Positions 12,501-27,100 of a stretch of DNA of 64,000 nt are shown here, piece by piece. The number at the start of each line of letters is the position of its first letter. Positions within the stretch are counted from its first letter, which is position 1. Location of the stretch: NCBI GenBank assembly GCA_964057225.1, contig OZ059900.1, forward strand, positions 17,546,001 through 17,610,000, read 5' to 3'. Source of the stretch: Auanema rhodensis. Lineage: Eukaryota; Animalia; Nematoda. The notes below the pieces were generated by a model. It was not told where the DNA came from. It was given only the letters and a program-made list of their open reading frames with translations, and ran no database searches. Both the position numbers and the translations under genes were made by a program.

Positions 12501-14026
12501 AATGAAACCTAGCTCAAAATTGTTTCGTACAACGTCTAGTTCCACTTTCACGACAAAAAAACAGGGGTTAGAAAATTAAGGAAATTAGCATATTCTGAGG
12601 GCACGCCCCTTATGGCTAATATTGATTAAATCGATTTTTGTTCATATGAGTCGTCAAATGCAACGAATTTCAGCGTGTTACATACTTAAATGAAGCATTT
12701 TACATGCTGAAAACTAGAAAAATACAAAAACACAGTATTTCCCATGAGAAATATTTTATTATGCTGGAAAACCAGTTTTTGGAAATTTCGCTGTAAACAA
12801 GGTTTTGACTTACGATTTCATGTGTTCAAACTCATGCAATGTCAATGAAACCTAGCTCAAAATTGTTCGTACAACGTCTAGTTCCACTTTCACGACAAAA
12901 AAACAGGGGTTAGAAAATTAAGGAAATTAGCATATTCTGAGGGCACGCCCCTTATGGCTAATATTGATTAAATCGATTTTTGTTCATATGAGTCGTCAAA
13001 TGCAACGAATTTCAGCGTGTTACATACTTAAATGAAGCATTTTACATGTTGAACACTAGAAAAATACAAAAACACAGTATTTCCCATGAGAAATATTTTA
13101 TTATGCTGGAAAACCAGTTTTTGGAAATTTCGCTGTAAACAAGGTTTTGACTTACGATTTCATGTGTTTAAACTCATGCAATGTCAATGAAACCTAGCTC
13201 AAAATTGTTCGTACAACGTCTAGTTCCACTTTCACGACAAAAAAACAGGGGTTAGAAAATTAAGGAAATTAGCATATTCTGAGGGCACGCCCCTTATGGC
13301 TAATATTGATTAAATCGATTTTTGTTCATATGAGTCGTCAAATGCAACGAATTTCAGCGTGTTACATACTAAAATGAAGCATTTTACATGCTGAACACTA
13401 GAAAAATACAAAAACACAGTATTTCCCATGAGAAATATTTTATTATGCTGGAAAACCAGTTTCTGGAAATTTCGCTGTAAACAAGGTTTTGACTTACGAT
13501 TTCATGTGTTCAAACTCATGCAATGTCAATGAAACCTAGCTCAAAATTGTTCGTACAACGTCTAGTTCCACTTTCACGACAAAAAAAACAGGGGTTAGAA
13601 AATTAAGGAAATTAGCATATTCTGAGGGCACGCCCCTTATGGCTAATATTGATTAAATCGATTTTTGTTCATATGAGTCGTCAAATGCAACGAATTTCAG
13701 CGTGTTACATACTAAAATGAAGCATTTTATATGCTGAACACTAGAAAAATACAAAAACACAGTATTTCCCATGAGAAATATTTTATTATGCTGGAAAACC
13801 AGTTTTTGGAAATTTCGCTGTAACCAAGGTTTTGACTTACGATTTCATGTGTTCAAACTCATGCAATGTCAATGAAACCTAGCTCAAAATTGTTCGTACA
13901 ACGTCTAGTTCCACTTTCACGACAAAAAAACAGGGGTTAGAAAATTAAGGAAATTAGCATATTCTGAGGGCACGCCCCTTATTGCTAATATTGATTAAAT
14001 CGATTTTTGTTCATATGAGTCGTCAA
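9589..14026 (+). repeat. Duplicated multi-monomer block at 8-monomer spacing (2737 bp)
   Basis: Private variants TGAAAACT at 9975/12712 and CATGTTGAA at 10312/13049 are each followed by the same TTTCTGG+8A monomer and the same TTATATG+GTAACC monomer. Boundaries are approximate. Confidence 0.82.
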
Positions 14027-15319
14027 ATGCAACGAATTTCAGCGTGTTACATACTAAAATGAAGCATTTTACATGCTGAACACTAGAAAAATACAAATAC
14101 ACAGTATTTCCCATGAGAAATATTTTATTATGCTGGAAAACCAGTTTCTGGAAATTTCGCTGTAAACAAGGTTTTGACTTACGATTTCATGTGTTCAAAC
14201 TCATGCAATGTCAATGAAACCTAGCTCAAAATTGTTCGTACAACGTCTAGTTCCACTTTCACGACAAAAAAACAGGGGTTAGAGAATTAAGGAAATTAGC
14301 ATATTCTGAGGGCACGCCCCTTATGGCTAATATTGATTAAATCGATTTTTGTTCATATGAGTCGTCAAATGCAACGAATTTCAGCGTGTTACATACTAAA
14401 ATGAAGCATTTTACATGCTGAACACTAGAAAAATTTAAAAACACAGTATTTCCCATGAGAAATATTTTATTATGCTGGAAAACCAGTTTTTGGAAATTTC
14501 GCTGTAAACAAGGTTTTGACTTACGATTTCATGTGTTCAAACTCATGCAATGTCAATGAAACCTAGCTCAAAATTGTTCGTACAACGTCTAGTTCCACTT
14601 TCACGACAAAAAAACAGGGGTTAGAAAATTAAGGAAATTAGCATATTCTGAGGGCACGCCCCTTATGGCTAATATTGATTAAATCGATTTTTGTTCATAT
14701 GAGTCGTCAAATGCAACGAATTTCAGCGTGTTACATACTAAAATGAAGCATTTTACATGCTGAACACTAGAAAAAAACAAAAACACAGTATTTCCCATGA
14801 GAAATATTTTATTATGCTGGAAAACCAGTTTTTGGAAATTTCGCTGTAAACAAGGTTTTGACTTACGATTTCATGTGTTTAAACTCATGCAATGTCAATG
14901 AAACCTAGCTCAAAATTGTTCGTACAACGTCTAGTTCCACTTTCACGACAAAAAAACAGGGGTTAGAAAATTAAGGAAATTAGCATATTCTGAGGGCACG
15001 CCCCTTATGGCTAATATTGATTAAATCGATTTTTGTTCATATGAGTCGTCAAATGCAACGAATTTCAGCGTGTTACATACTAAAATGAAGCATTTTACAT
15101 GCTGAACACTAGAAAAATACAAATACACAGTATTTCCCATGAGAAATATTTTATTATGCTGGAAAACCAGTTTCTGGAAATTTCGCTGTAAACAAGGTTT
15201 TGACTTACGATTTCATGTGTTCAAACTCATGCAATGTCAATGAAACCTAGCTCAAAATTGTTCGTACAACGTCTAGTTCCACTTTCACGACAAAAAAACA
15301 GGGGTTAGAAAATTAAGGA

Positions 15320-15325
15320 TATGGA
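15320..15325 (+). other. 6-bp insertion (TATGGA) giving a unique 348-bp monomer (15053-15400)
   Basis: AATTAAGGATATGGAAATTAGC versus consensus AATTAAGGAAATTAGC. Monomer starts at 15053 and 15401 are 348 bp apart. Confidence 0.93.
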
Positions 15326-17454
15326 AATTAGCATATTCTGAGGGCACGCCCCTTATGGCTAATATTGATTAAATCGATTTTTGTTCATATGAGTCGTCAA
15401 ATGCAACGAATTTCAGCGTGTTACATACTAAAATGAAGCATTTTACATGCTGAACACTAGAAAAATTTAAAAACACAGTATTTCCCATGAGAAATATTTT
15501 ATTATGCTGGAAAACCAGTTTTTGGAAATTTCGCTGTAAACAAGGTTTTGACTTACGATTTCATGTGTTCAAACTCATGCAATGTCAATGAAACCTAGCT
15601 CAAAATTGTTCGTACAACGTCTAGTTCCACTTTCACGACAAAAAAAACAGGGATTAGAAAATTAAGGAAATTAGCATATTCTGAGGGCACGCCCCTTATG
15701 GCTAATATTGATTAAATCGATTTTTGTTCATATGAGTCGTCAAATGCAACGAATTTCAGCGTGTTACATACTAAAATGAAGCATTTTACATGCTGAACAC
15801 TAGAAAAATTTAAAAACACAGTATTTCCCATGAGAAATATTTTATTATGCTGGAAAACCAGTTTTTGGAAATTTCGCTGTAAACAAGGTTTTGACTTACG
15901 ATTTCATGTGTTCAAACTCATGCAATGTCAATGAAACCTAGCTCAAAATTGTTCGTACAACGTCTAGTTCCACTTTCACGACAAAAAAAACAGGGATTAG
16001 AAAATTAAGGAAATTAGCATATTCTGAGGGCACGCCCCTTATGGCTAATATTGATTAAATCGATGTTTGTTCATATGAGTCGTCAAATGCAACGAATTTC
16101 AGCGTGTTACATACTAAAATGAAGCATTTTACATGCTGAACACTAGAAAAAAACAAAAACACAGTATTTCCCATGAGAAATATTTTATTATGCTGGAAAA
16201 CCAGTTTTTGGAAATTTCGCTGTAAACAAAGTTTTGACTTACGATTTCATGTGTTCAAACTCATGCAATGTCAATGAAACCTAGCTCAAAATTGTTCGTA
16301 CAACGTCTAGTTCCACTTTCACGACAAAAAAACAGGGGTTAGAAAATTAAGGAAATTAGCATATTCTGAGGGCACGCCCCTTATGGCTAATATTGATTAA
16401 ATCGATTTTTGTTCATATGAGTCGTCAAATGCAACGAATTTCAGCGTGTTACATACTAAAATAAAGCATTTTACATGCTGAACACTAGAAAAATACAAAA
16501 ACACAGTATTTCCCATGAGAAATATTTTATTATGCTGGAAAACCAGTTTTTGGAAATTTCGCTGTAAACAAGGTTTTGACTTACGATTTCATGTGTTTAA
16601 ACTCATGCAATGTCAATGAAACTTAGCTCAAAATTGTTCGTACAACGTCTAGTTCCACTTTCACGACAAAAAAACAGGGGTTAGAAAATTAAGGAAATTA
16701 GCATATTCTGAGGGCACGCCCCTTATGGCTAATATTGATTGAATCGATTTTTGTTCATATGAGTCGTCAAATGCAACGAATTTCAGCGTGTTACATACTA
16801 AAATGAAGCATTTTACATGCTGAACACTAGAAAAATACAAAAACACAGTATTTCCCATGAGAAATATTTTATTATGCTGGAAAACCAGTTTTTGGAAATT
16901 TCGCTGTAACCAAGGTTTTGACTTACGATTTCATGTGTTCAAACTCATGCAATGTCAATGAAACCTAGCTCAAAATTGTTCGTACAACGTCTAGTTCCAC
17001 TTTCACGACAAAAAAACAGGGGTTAGAAAATTAAGGAAATTAGCATATTCTGAGGGCACGCCCCTTATGGCTAATATTGATTAAATCGATTTTTGTTCAT
17101 ATGAGTCGTCAAATGCAACGAATTTCAGCGTGTTACATACTAAAATGAAGCATTTTACATGCTGAACACTAGAAAAATACAGAAACACAGTATTTCCCAT
17201 GAGAAATATTTTATTATGCTGGAAAACCAGTTTCTGGAAATTTCGCTGTAAACAAGGTTTTGACTTACGATTTCATGTGTTCAAACTCATGCAATGTCAA
17301 TGAAACCTAGCTCAAAATTGTTCGTACAACGTCTAGTTCCACTTTCACGACAAAAAAACAGGGGTTAGAAAATTAAGGAAATTAGCATATTCTGAGGGCA
17401 CGCCCCTTATGGCTAATATTGATTAAATCGATTTTTGTTCATATGAGTCGTCAA

Positions 17455-20400
17455 ATGCAACGAATTTCAGCGTGTTACATACTAAAATGAAGCATTTTAC
17501 ATGCTGAACACTAGAAAAAAACAAAAACACAGTATTTCCCATGAGAAATATTTTATTATGCTGGAAAACCAGTTTTTGGAAATTTCGCTGTAAACAAAGT
17601 TTTGACTTACGATTTCATGTGTTCAAACTCATGCAATGTCAATGAAACCTAGCTCAAAATTGTTCGTACAACGTCTAGTTCCACTTTCACGACAAAAAAA
17701 CAGGGGTTAGAAAATTAAGGAAATTAGCATATTCTGAGGGCACGCCCCTTATGGCTAATATTGATTAAATCGATTTTTGTTCATATGAGTCGTCAAATGC
17801 AACGAATTTCAGCGTGTTACATACTAAAATAAAGCATTTTACATGCTGAACACTAGAAAAATACAAAAACACAGTATTTCCCATGAGAAATATTTTATTA
17901 TGCTGGAAAACCAGTTTTTGGAAATTTCGCTGTAAACAAGGTTTTGACTTACGATTTCATGTGTTTAAACTCATGCAATGTCAATGAAACCTAGCTCAAA
18001 ATTGTTCGTACAACGTCTAGTTCCACTTTCACGACAAAAAAAACAGGGATTAGAAAATTAAGGAAATTAGCATATTCTGAGGGCACGCCCCTTATGGCTA
18101 ATATTGATTAAATCGATTTTTGTTCATATGAGTCGTCAAATGCAACGAATTTCAGCGTGTTACATACTAAAATGAAGCATTTTACATGCTGAACACTAGA
18201 AAAATACAAATACACAGTATTTCCCATGAGAAATATTTTATTATGCTGGAAAACCAGTTTCTGGAAATTTCGCTGTAAACAAGGTTTTGACTTACGATTT
18301 CATGTGTTCAAACTCATGCAATGTCAATGAAACCTAGCTCAAAATTGTTCGTACAACGTCTAGTTCCACTTTCACGACAAAAAAACAGGGGTTAGAAAAT
18401 TAAGGAAATTAGCATATTCTGAGGGCACGCCCCTTATGGCTAATATTGATTAAATCGATTTTTGTTCATATGAGTCGTCAAATGCAACGAATTTCAGCGT
18501 GTTACATACTTAAATGAAGCATTTTACATGCTGAACACTAGAAAAATTTAAAAACACAGTATTTCCCATGAGAAATATTTTATTATGCTGGAAAACCAGT
18601 TTTTGGAAATTTCGCTGTAAACAAGGTTTTGACTTACGATTTCATGTGTTCAAACTCATGCAATGTCAATGAAACCTAGCTCAAAATTGTTCGTACAACG
18701 TCTAGTTCCACTTTCACGACAAAAAAAACAGGGATTAGAAAATTAAGGAAATTAGCATATTCTAAGGGCACGCCCCTTATGGCTAATATTGATTAAATCG
18801 ATTTTTGTTCATATGAGTCGTCAAATGCAACGAATTTCAGCGTGTTTCTAACTAAAATGAAGCATTTTACATGCTGAACACTAGAAAAAAACAAAAACAC
18901 AGTATTTCCCATGAGAAATATTTTATTATGCTGGAAAACCAGTTTTTGGAAATTTCGCTGTAAACAAAGTTTTGACTTACGATTTCATGTGTTCAAACTC
19001 ATGCAATGTCAATGAAACCTAGCTCAAAATTGTTCGTACAACGTCTAGTTCCACTTTCACGACAAAAAAACAGGGGTTAGAAAATTAAGGAAATTAGCAT
19101 ATTCTGAGGGCACGCCCCTTATGGCTAATATTGATTAAATCGATTTTTGTTCATATGAGTCGTCAAATGCAACGAATTTCAGCGTGTTACATACTAAAAT
19201 AAAGCATTTTACATGCTGAACACTAGAAAAATACAAAAACACAGTATTTCCCATGAGAAATATTTTATTATGCTGGAAAACCAGTTTTTGGAAATTTCGC
19301 TGTAAACAAGGTTTTGACTTACGATTTCATGTGTTTAAACTCATGCAATGTCAATGAAACCTAGCTCAAAATTGTTCGTACAACGTCTAGTTCCACTTTC
19401 ACGACAAAAAAAACAGGGATTAGAAAATTAAGGAAATTAGCATATTCTGAGGGCACGCCCCTTATGGCTAATATTGATTAAATCGATTTTTGTTCATATG
19501 AGTCGTCAAATGCAACGAATTTCAGCGTGTTACATACTAAAATGAAGCATTTTACATGCTGAACACTAGAAAAATACAAATACACAGTATTTCCCATGAG
19601 AAATATTTTATTATGCTGGAAAACCAGTTTCTGGAAATTTCGCTGTAAACAAGGTTTTGACTTACGATTTCATGTGTTCAAACTCATGCAATGTCAATGA
19701 AACCTAGCTCAAAATTGTTCGTACAACGTCTAGTTCCACTTTCACGACAAAAAAACAGGGGTTAGAAAATTAAGGAAATTAGCATATTCTGAGGGCACGC
19801 CCCTTATGGCTAATATTGATTAAATCGATTTTTGTTCATATGAGTCGTCAAATGCAACGAATTTCAGCGTGTTACATACTTAAATGAAGCATTTTACATG
19901 CTGAACACTAGAAAAATTTAAAAACACAGTATTTCCCATGAGAAATATTTTATTATGCTGGAAAACCAGTTTTTGGAAATTTCGCTGTAAACAAGGTTTT
20001 GACTTACGATTTCATGTGTTCAAACTCATGCAATGTCAATGAAACCTAGCTCAAAATTGTTCGTACAACGTCTAGTTCCACTTTCACGACAAAAAAAACA
20101 GGGATTAGAAAATTAAGGAAATTAGCATATTCTAAGGGCACGCCCCTTATGGCTAATATTGATTAAATCGATTTTTGTTCATATGAGTCGTCAAATGCAA
20201 CGAATTTCAGCGTGTTTCTAACTAAAATGAAGCATTTTACATGCTGAACACTAGAAAAAAACAAAAACACAGTATTTCCCATGAGAAATATTTTATTATG
20301 CTGGAAAACCAGTTTTTGGAAATTTCGCTGTAAACAAAGTTTTGACTTACGATTTCATGTGTTCAAACTCATGCAATGTCAATGAAACCTAGCTCAAAAT

Positions 20401-20878
20401 TGTTCGTACAACGTCTAGTTCCACTTTCACGACAAAAAAACAGGGGTTAGAAAATTAAGGAAATTAGCATATTCTGAGGGCACGCCCCTTATGGCTAATA
20501 TTGATTAAATCGATTTTTGTTCATATGAGTCGTCAAATGCAACGAATTTCAGCGTGTTACATACTAAAATAAAGCATTTTACATGCTGAACACTAGAAAA
20601 ATACAAAAACACAGTATTTCCCATGAGAAATATTTTATTATGCTGGAAAACCAGTTTTTGGAAATTTCGCTGTAAACAAGGTTTTGACTTACGATTTCAT
20701 GTGTTTAAATTCATGCAATGTCAATGAAACCTAGCTCAAAATTGTTCGTACAACGTCTAGTTCCACTTTCACGACAAAAAAACAGGGGTTAGAAAATTAA
20801 GGAAATTAGCATATTCTGAGGGCACGCCCCTTATGGCTAATATTGATTAAATCGATTTTTGTTCATATGAGTCGTCAA
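17455..20878 (+). repeat. 4-monomer (1370 bp) higher-order repeat, ~2.5 copies
   Basis: TCTAAGGG at 18764/20134 and GTGTTTCTAAC at ~18846/20216 repeat at 1370 bp, as do the AAATAAAG, AAATACAC, AATTTAAAA and GGGATT markers (4 x 342 + 2 extra A). Confidence 0.88.
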
Positions 20879-23800
20879 ATGCAACGAATTTCAGCGTGTT
20901 ACATACTAAAATGAAGCATTTTACATGCTGAACACTAGAAAAATACAAAAACACAGTATTTCCCATGAGAAATATTTTATTATGCTGGAAAACCAGTTTT
21001 TGGAAATTTCGCTGTAACCAAGGTTTTGACTTACGATTTCATGTGTTCAAACTCATGCAATGTCAATGAAACCTAGCTCAAAATTGTTCGTACAACGTCT
21101 AGTTCCACTTTCACGACAAAAAAACAGGGGTTAGAAAATTAAGGAAATTAGCATATTCTGAGGGCACGCCCCTTATGGCTAATATTGATTAAATCGATTT
21201 TTGTTCATATGAGTCGTCAAATGCAACGAATTTCAGCGTGTTACATACTAAAATGAAGCATTTTACATGCTGAACACTAGAAAAATACAAAAACACAGTA
21301 TTTCCCATGAGAAATATTTTATTATGCTGGAAAACCAGTTTTTGGAAATTTCGCTGTAAACAAGGTTTTGACTTACGATTTCATGTGTTCAAACTCATGC
21401 AATGTCAATGAAACCTAGCTCAAAATTGTTCGTACAACGTCTAGTTCCACTTTCACGACAAAAAAAACAGGGATTAGAAAATTAAGGAAATTAGCATATT
21501 CTGAGGGCACGCCCCTTATGGCTAATATTGATTAAATCGATTTTTGTTCATATGAGTCGTCAAATGCAACGAATTTCAGCGTGTTACATACTAAAATGAA
21601 GCATTTTACATGCTGAACACTAGAAAAAAACAAAAACACAGTATTTCCCATGAGAAATATTTTATTATGCTGGAAAACCAGTTTTTGGAAATTTCGCTGT
21701 AAACAAAGTTTTGACTTACGATTTCATGTGTTCAAACTCATGCAATGTCAATGAAACCTAGCTCAAAATTGTTCGTACAACGTCTAGTTCCACTTTCACG
21801 ACAAAAAAACAGGGGTTAGAAAATTAAGGAAATTAGCATATTCTGAGGGCACGCCCCTTATGGCTAATATTGATTAAATCGATTTTTGTTCATATGAGTC
21901 GTCAAATGCAACGAATTTCAGCGTGTTACATACTAAAATAAAGCATTTTACATGCTGAACACTAGAAAAATACAAAAACACAGTATTTCCCATGAGAAAT
22001 ATTTTATTATGCTGGAAAACCAGTTTTTGGAAATTTCGCTGTAAACAAAGTTTTGACTTACGATTTCATGTGTTCAAACTCATGCAATGTCAATGAAACC
22101 TAGCTCAAAATTGTTCGTACAACGTCTAGTTCCACTTTCACGACAAAAAAACAAGGGTTAGAAAATTAAGGAAATTAGCATATTCTGAGGGCACGCCCCT
22201 TATGGCTAATATTGATTAAATCGATTTTTGTTCATATGAGTCGTCAAATGCAACGAATTTCAGCGTGTTACATACTAAAATGAAGCATTTTACATGCTGA
22301 ACACTAGAAAAAAACAAAAACACAGTATTTCCCATGAGAAATATTTTATTATGCTGGAAAACCAGTTTTTGGAAATTTCGCTGTAAACAAAGTTTTGACT
22401 TACGATTTCATGTGTTCAAACTCATGCAATGTCAATGAAACCTAGCTCAAAATTGTTCGTACAACGTCTAGTTCCACTTTCACGACAAAAAAACAAGGGT
22501 TAGAAAATTAAGGAAATTAGCATATTCTGAGGGCACGCCCCTTATGGCTAATATTGATTAAATCGATTTTTGTTCATATGAGTCGTCAAATGCAACGAAT
22601 TTCAGCGTGTTACATACTAAAATGAAGCATTTCACATGCTGAACACTAGAAAAATACAAAAACACAGTATTTCCCATGAGAAATATTTTATTATGCTGGA
22701 AAACCAGTTTCTGGAAATTTCGCTGTAAACAAGGTTTTGACTTACGATTTCATGTGTTCAAACTCATGCAATGTCAATGAAACCTAGCTCAAAATTGTTC
22801 GTACAACGTCTAGTTCCACTTTCACGACAAAAAACAGGGGTTAGAAAATTAAGGAAATTAGCATATTCTGAGGGCACGCCCCTTATGGCTAATATTGATT
22901 AAATCGATTTTTGTTCATATGAGTCGTCAAATGCAACGAATTTCAGCGTGTTACATACTAAAATGAAGCATTTCACATGCTGAACACTAGAAAAATACAA
23001 AAACACAGTATTTCCCATGAGAAATATTTTATTATGCTGGAAAACCAGTTTCTGGAAATTTCGCTGTAAACAAGGTTTTGACTTACGATTTCATGTGTTC
23101 AAACTCATGCAATGTCAATGAAACCTAGCTCAAAATTGTTCGTACAACGTCTAGTTCCACTTTCACGACAAAAAACAGGGGTTAGAAAATTAAGGAAATT
23201 AGCATATTCTGAGGGCACGCCCCTTATGGCTAATATTGATTAAATCGATTTTTGTTCATATGAGTCGTCAAATGCAACGAATTTCAGCGTGTTACATACT
23301 AAAATGAAGCATTTTACATGCTGAACACTAGAAAAATACAAAAACACAGTATTTCCCATGAGAAATATTTTATTATGCTGGAAAACCAGTTTTTGGAAAT
23401 TTCGCTGTAAACAAAGTTTTGACTTACGATTTCATGTGTTCAAACTCATGCAATGTCAATGAAACCTAGCTCAAAATTGTTCGTACAACGTCTAGTTCCA
23501 CTTTCACGACAAAAAAACAAGGGTTAGAAAATTAAGGAAATTAGCATATTCTGAGGGCACGCCCCTTATGGCTAATATTGATTAAATCGATTTTTGTTCA
23601 TATGAGTCGTCAAATGCAACGAATTTCAGCGTGTTACATACTAAAATGAAGCATTTTACATGCTGAACACTAGAAAAATACAAAAACACAGTATTTCCCA
23701 TGAGAAATATTTTATTATGCTGGAAAACCAGTTTCTGGAAATTTCGCTGTAAACAAGGTTTTGACTTACGATTTCATGTGTTCAAACTCATGCAATGTCA

Positions 23801-24189
23801 ATGAAACCTAGCTCAAAATTGTTCGTACAACGTCTAGTTCCACTTTCACGACAAAAAAACAGGGGTTAGAAAATTAAGGAAATTAGCATATTCTGAGGGC
23901 ACGCCCCTTATGGCTAATATTGATTAAATCGATTTTTGTTCATATGAGTCGTCAAATGCAACGAATTTCAGCGTGTTACATACTAAAATGAAGCATTTTA
24001 CATGCTGAACACTAGAAAAATACAAAAACACAGTATTTCCCATGAGAAATATTTTATTATGCTGGAAAACCAGTTTTTGGAAATTTCGCTGTAAACAAGG
24101 TTTTGACTTACGATTTCATGTGTTCAAACTCATGCAATGTCAATGAAACCTAGCTCAAAATTGTTCGTACAACGTCTAGTTCCACTTTC

Positions 24190-27100
24190 ACGAAAAAAAA
24201 ACAGGGGTTAGAAAATTAAGGAAATTAGCATATTCTGAGGGCACGCCCCTTATGGCTAATATTGATTAAATCGATTTTTGTTCATATGAGTCGTCAAATG
24301 CAACGAATTTCAGCGTGTTACATACTAAAATGAAGCATTTTACATGCTGAACACTAGAAAAATACAAAAACACAGTATTTCCCATGAGAAATATTTTATT
24401 ATGCTGGAAAACCAGTTTTTGGAAATTTCGCTGTAAACAAAGTTTTGACTTACGATTTCATGTGTTCAAACTCATGCAATGTCAATGAAACCTAGCTCAA
24501 AATTGTTCGTACAACGTCTAGTTCCACTTTCACGACAAAAAAACAAGGGTTAGAAAATTAAGGAAATTAGCATATTCTGAGGGCACGCCCCTTATGGCTA
24601 ATATTGATTAAATCGATTTTTGTTCATATGAGTCGTCAAATGCAACGAATTTCAGCGTGTTACATACTAAAATGAAGCATTTTACATGCTGAACACTAGA
24701 AAAATACAAAAACACAGTATTTCCCATGAGAAATATTTTATTATGCTGGAAAACCAGTTTCTGGAAATTTCGCTGTAAACAAGGTTTTGACTTACGATTT
24801 CATGTGTTCAAACTCATGCAATGTCAATGAAACCTAGCTCAAAATTGTTCGTACAACGTCTAGTTCCACTTTCACGACAAAAAAACAGGGGTTAGAAAAT
24901 TAAGGAAATTAGCATATTCTGAGGGCACGCCCCTTATGGCTAATAATGATTAAATCGATTTTTGTTCATATGAGTCGTCAAATGCAACGAATTTCAGCGT
25001 GTTACATACTAAAATGAAGCATTTCACATGCTGAACACTAGAAAAATACAAAAACACAGTATTTCCCATGAGAAATATTTTATTATGCTGGAAAACCAGT
25101 TTCTGGAAATTTCGCTGTAAACAAGGTTTTGACTCACGATTTCATGTGTTCAAACTCATGCAATGTCAATGAAACCTAGCTCAAAATTGTTCGTACAACG
25201 TCTAGTTCCACTTTCACGACAAAAAACAGGGGTTAGAAAATTAAGGAAATTAGCATATTCTGAGGGCACGCCCCTTATGGCTAATATTGATTAAATCGAT
25301 TTTTGTTCATATGAGTCGTCAAATGCAACGAATTTCAGCGTGTTACATACTAAAATGAAGCATTTTACATGCTGAACACTGGAAAAATACAAAAACACAG
25401 TATTTCCCATGAGAAATATTTTATTATGCTGGAAAACCAGTTTTTGGAAATTTCGCTGTAAACAAGGTTTTGACTTACGATTTCATGTGTTCAAACTCAT
25501 GCAATGTCAATGAAACCTAGCTCAAAATTGTTCGTACAACGTCTAGTTCCACTTTCACGACAAAAAAACAGGGGTTAGAAAATTAAGGAAATTAGCATAT
25601 TCTGAGGGCACGCCCCTTATGGCTAATATTGATTAAATCGATTTTTGTTCATATGAGTCGTCAAATGCAACGAATTTCAGCGTGTTACATACTAAAATGA
25701 AGCATTTTACATGCTGAACACTAGAAAAAAACAAAAACACAGTATTTCCCATGAGAAATATTTTATTATGCTGGAAAACCAGTTTTTGGAAATTTCGCTG
25801 TAAACAAAGTTTTGACTTACGATTTCATGTGTTCAAACTCATGCAATGTCAATGAAACCTAGCTCAAAATTGTTCGTACAACGTCTAGTTCCACTTTCAC
25901 GACAAAAAAACAGGGGTTAGAAAATTAAGGAAATTAGCATATTCTGAGGGCACGCCCCTTATGGCTAATATTGATTAAATCGATTTTTGTTCATATGAGT
26001 CGTCAAATGCAACGAATTTCAGCGTGTTACATACTAAAATGAAGCATTTTACATGCTGAACACTAGAAAAATACAAAAACACAGTATTTCCCATGAGAAA
26101 TATTTTATTATGCTGGAAAACCAGTTTCTGGAAATTTCGCTGTAAACAAGGTTTTGACTTACGATTTCATGTGTTCAAACTCATGCAATGTCAATGAAAC
26201 CTAGCTCAAAATTGTTCGTACAACGTCTAGTTCCACTTTCACGACAAAAAAACAAGGGTTAGAAAATTAAGGAAATTAGCATATTCTGAGGGCACGCCCC
26301 TTATGGCTAATATTGATTAAATCGATTTTTGTTCATATGAGTCGTCAAATGCAACGAATTTCAGCGTGTTACATACTAAAATGAAGCATTTTACATGCTG
26401 AACACTAGAAAAAAACAAAAACACAGTATTTCCCATGAGAAATATTTTATTATGCTGGAAAACCAGTTTTTGGAAATTTCGCTGTAAACAAAGTTTTGAC
26501 TTACGATTTCATGTGTTCAAACTCATGCAATGTCAATGAAACCTAGCTCAAAATTGTTCGTACAACGTCTAGTTCCACTTTCACGACAAAAAAACAAGGG
26601 TTAGAAAATTAAGGAAATTAGCATATTCTGAGGGCACGCCCCTTATGGCTAATATTGATTAAATCGATTTTTGTTCATATGAGTCGTCAAATGCAACGAA
26701 TTTCAGCGTGTTACATACTAAAATGAAGCATTTCACATGCTGAACACTAGAAAAATACAAAAACACAGTATTTCCCATGAGAAATATTTTATTATGCTGG
26801 AAAACCAGTTTCTGGAAATTTCGCTGTAAACAAGGTTTTGACTTACGATTTCATGTGTTCAAACTCATGCAATGTCAATGAAACCTAGCTCAAAATTGTT
26901 CGTACAACGTCTAGTTCCACTTTCACGACAAAAAACAGGGGTTAGAAAATTAAGGAAATTAGCATATTCTGAGGGCACGCCCCTTATGGCTAATATTGAT
27001 TAAATCGATTTTTGTTCATATGAGTCGTCAAATGCAACGAATTTCAGCGTGTTACATACTAAAATGAAGCATTTTACATGCTGAACACTAGAAAAATACA

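Noticed and set aside
16661-16858. 65-aa minus-strand ORF (MGNTVFLY...)
   Set aside because: It exists only because an A>G at 16741 removes a TAA in one monomer. This frame has six stops per 114-codon monomer in the consensus and no recognisable protein motif.
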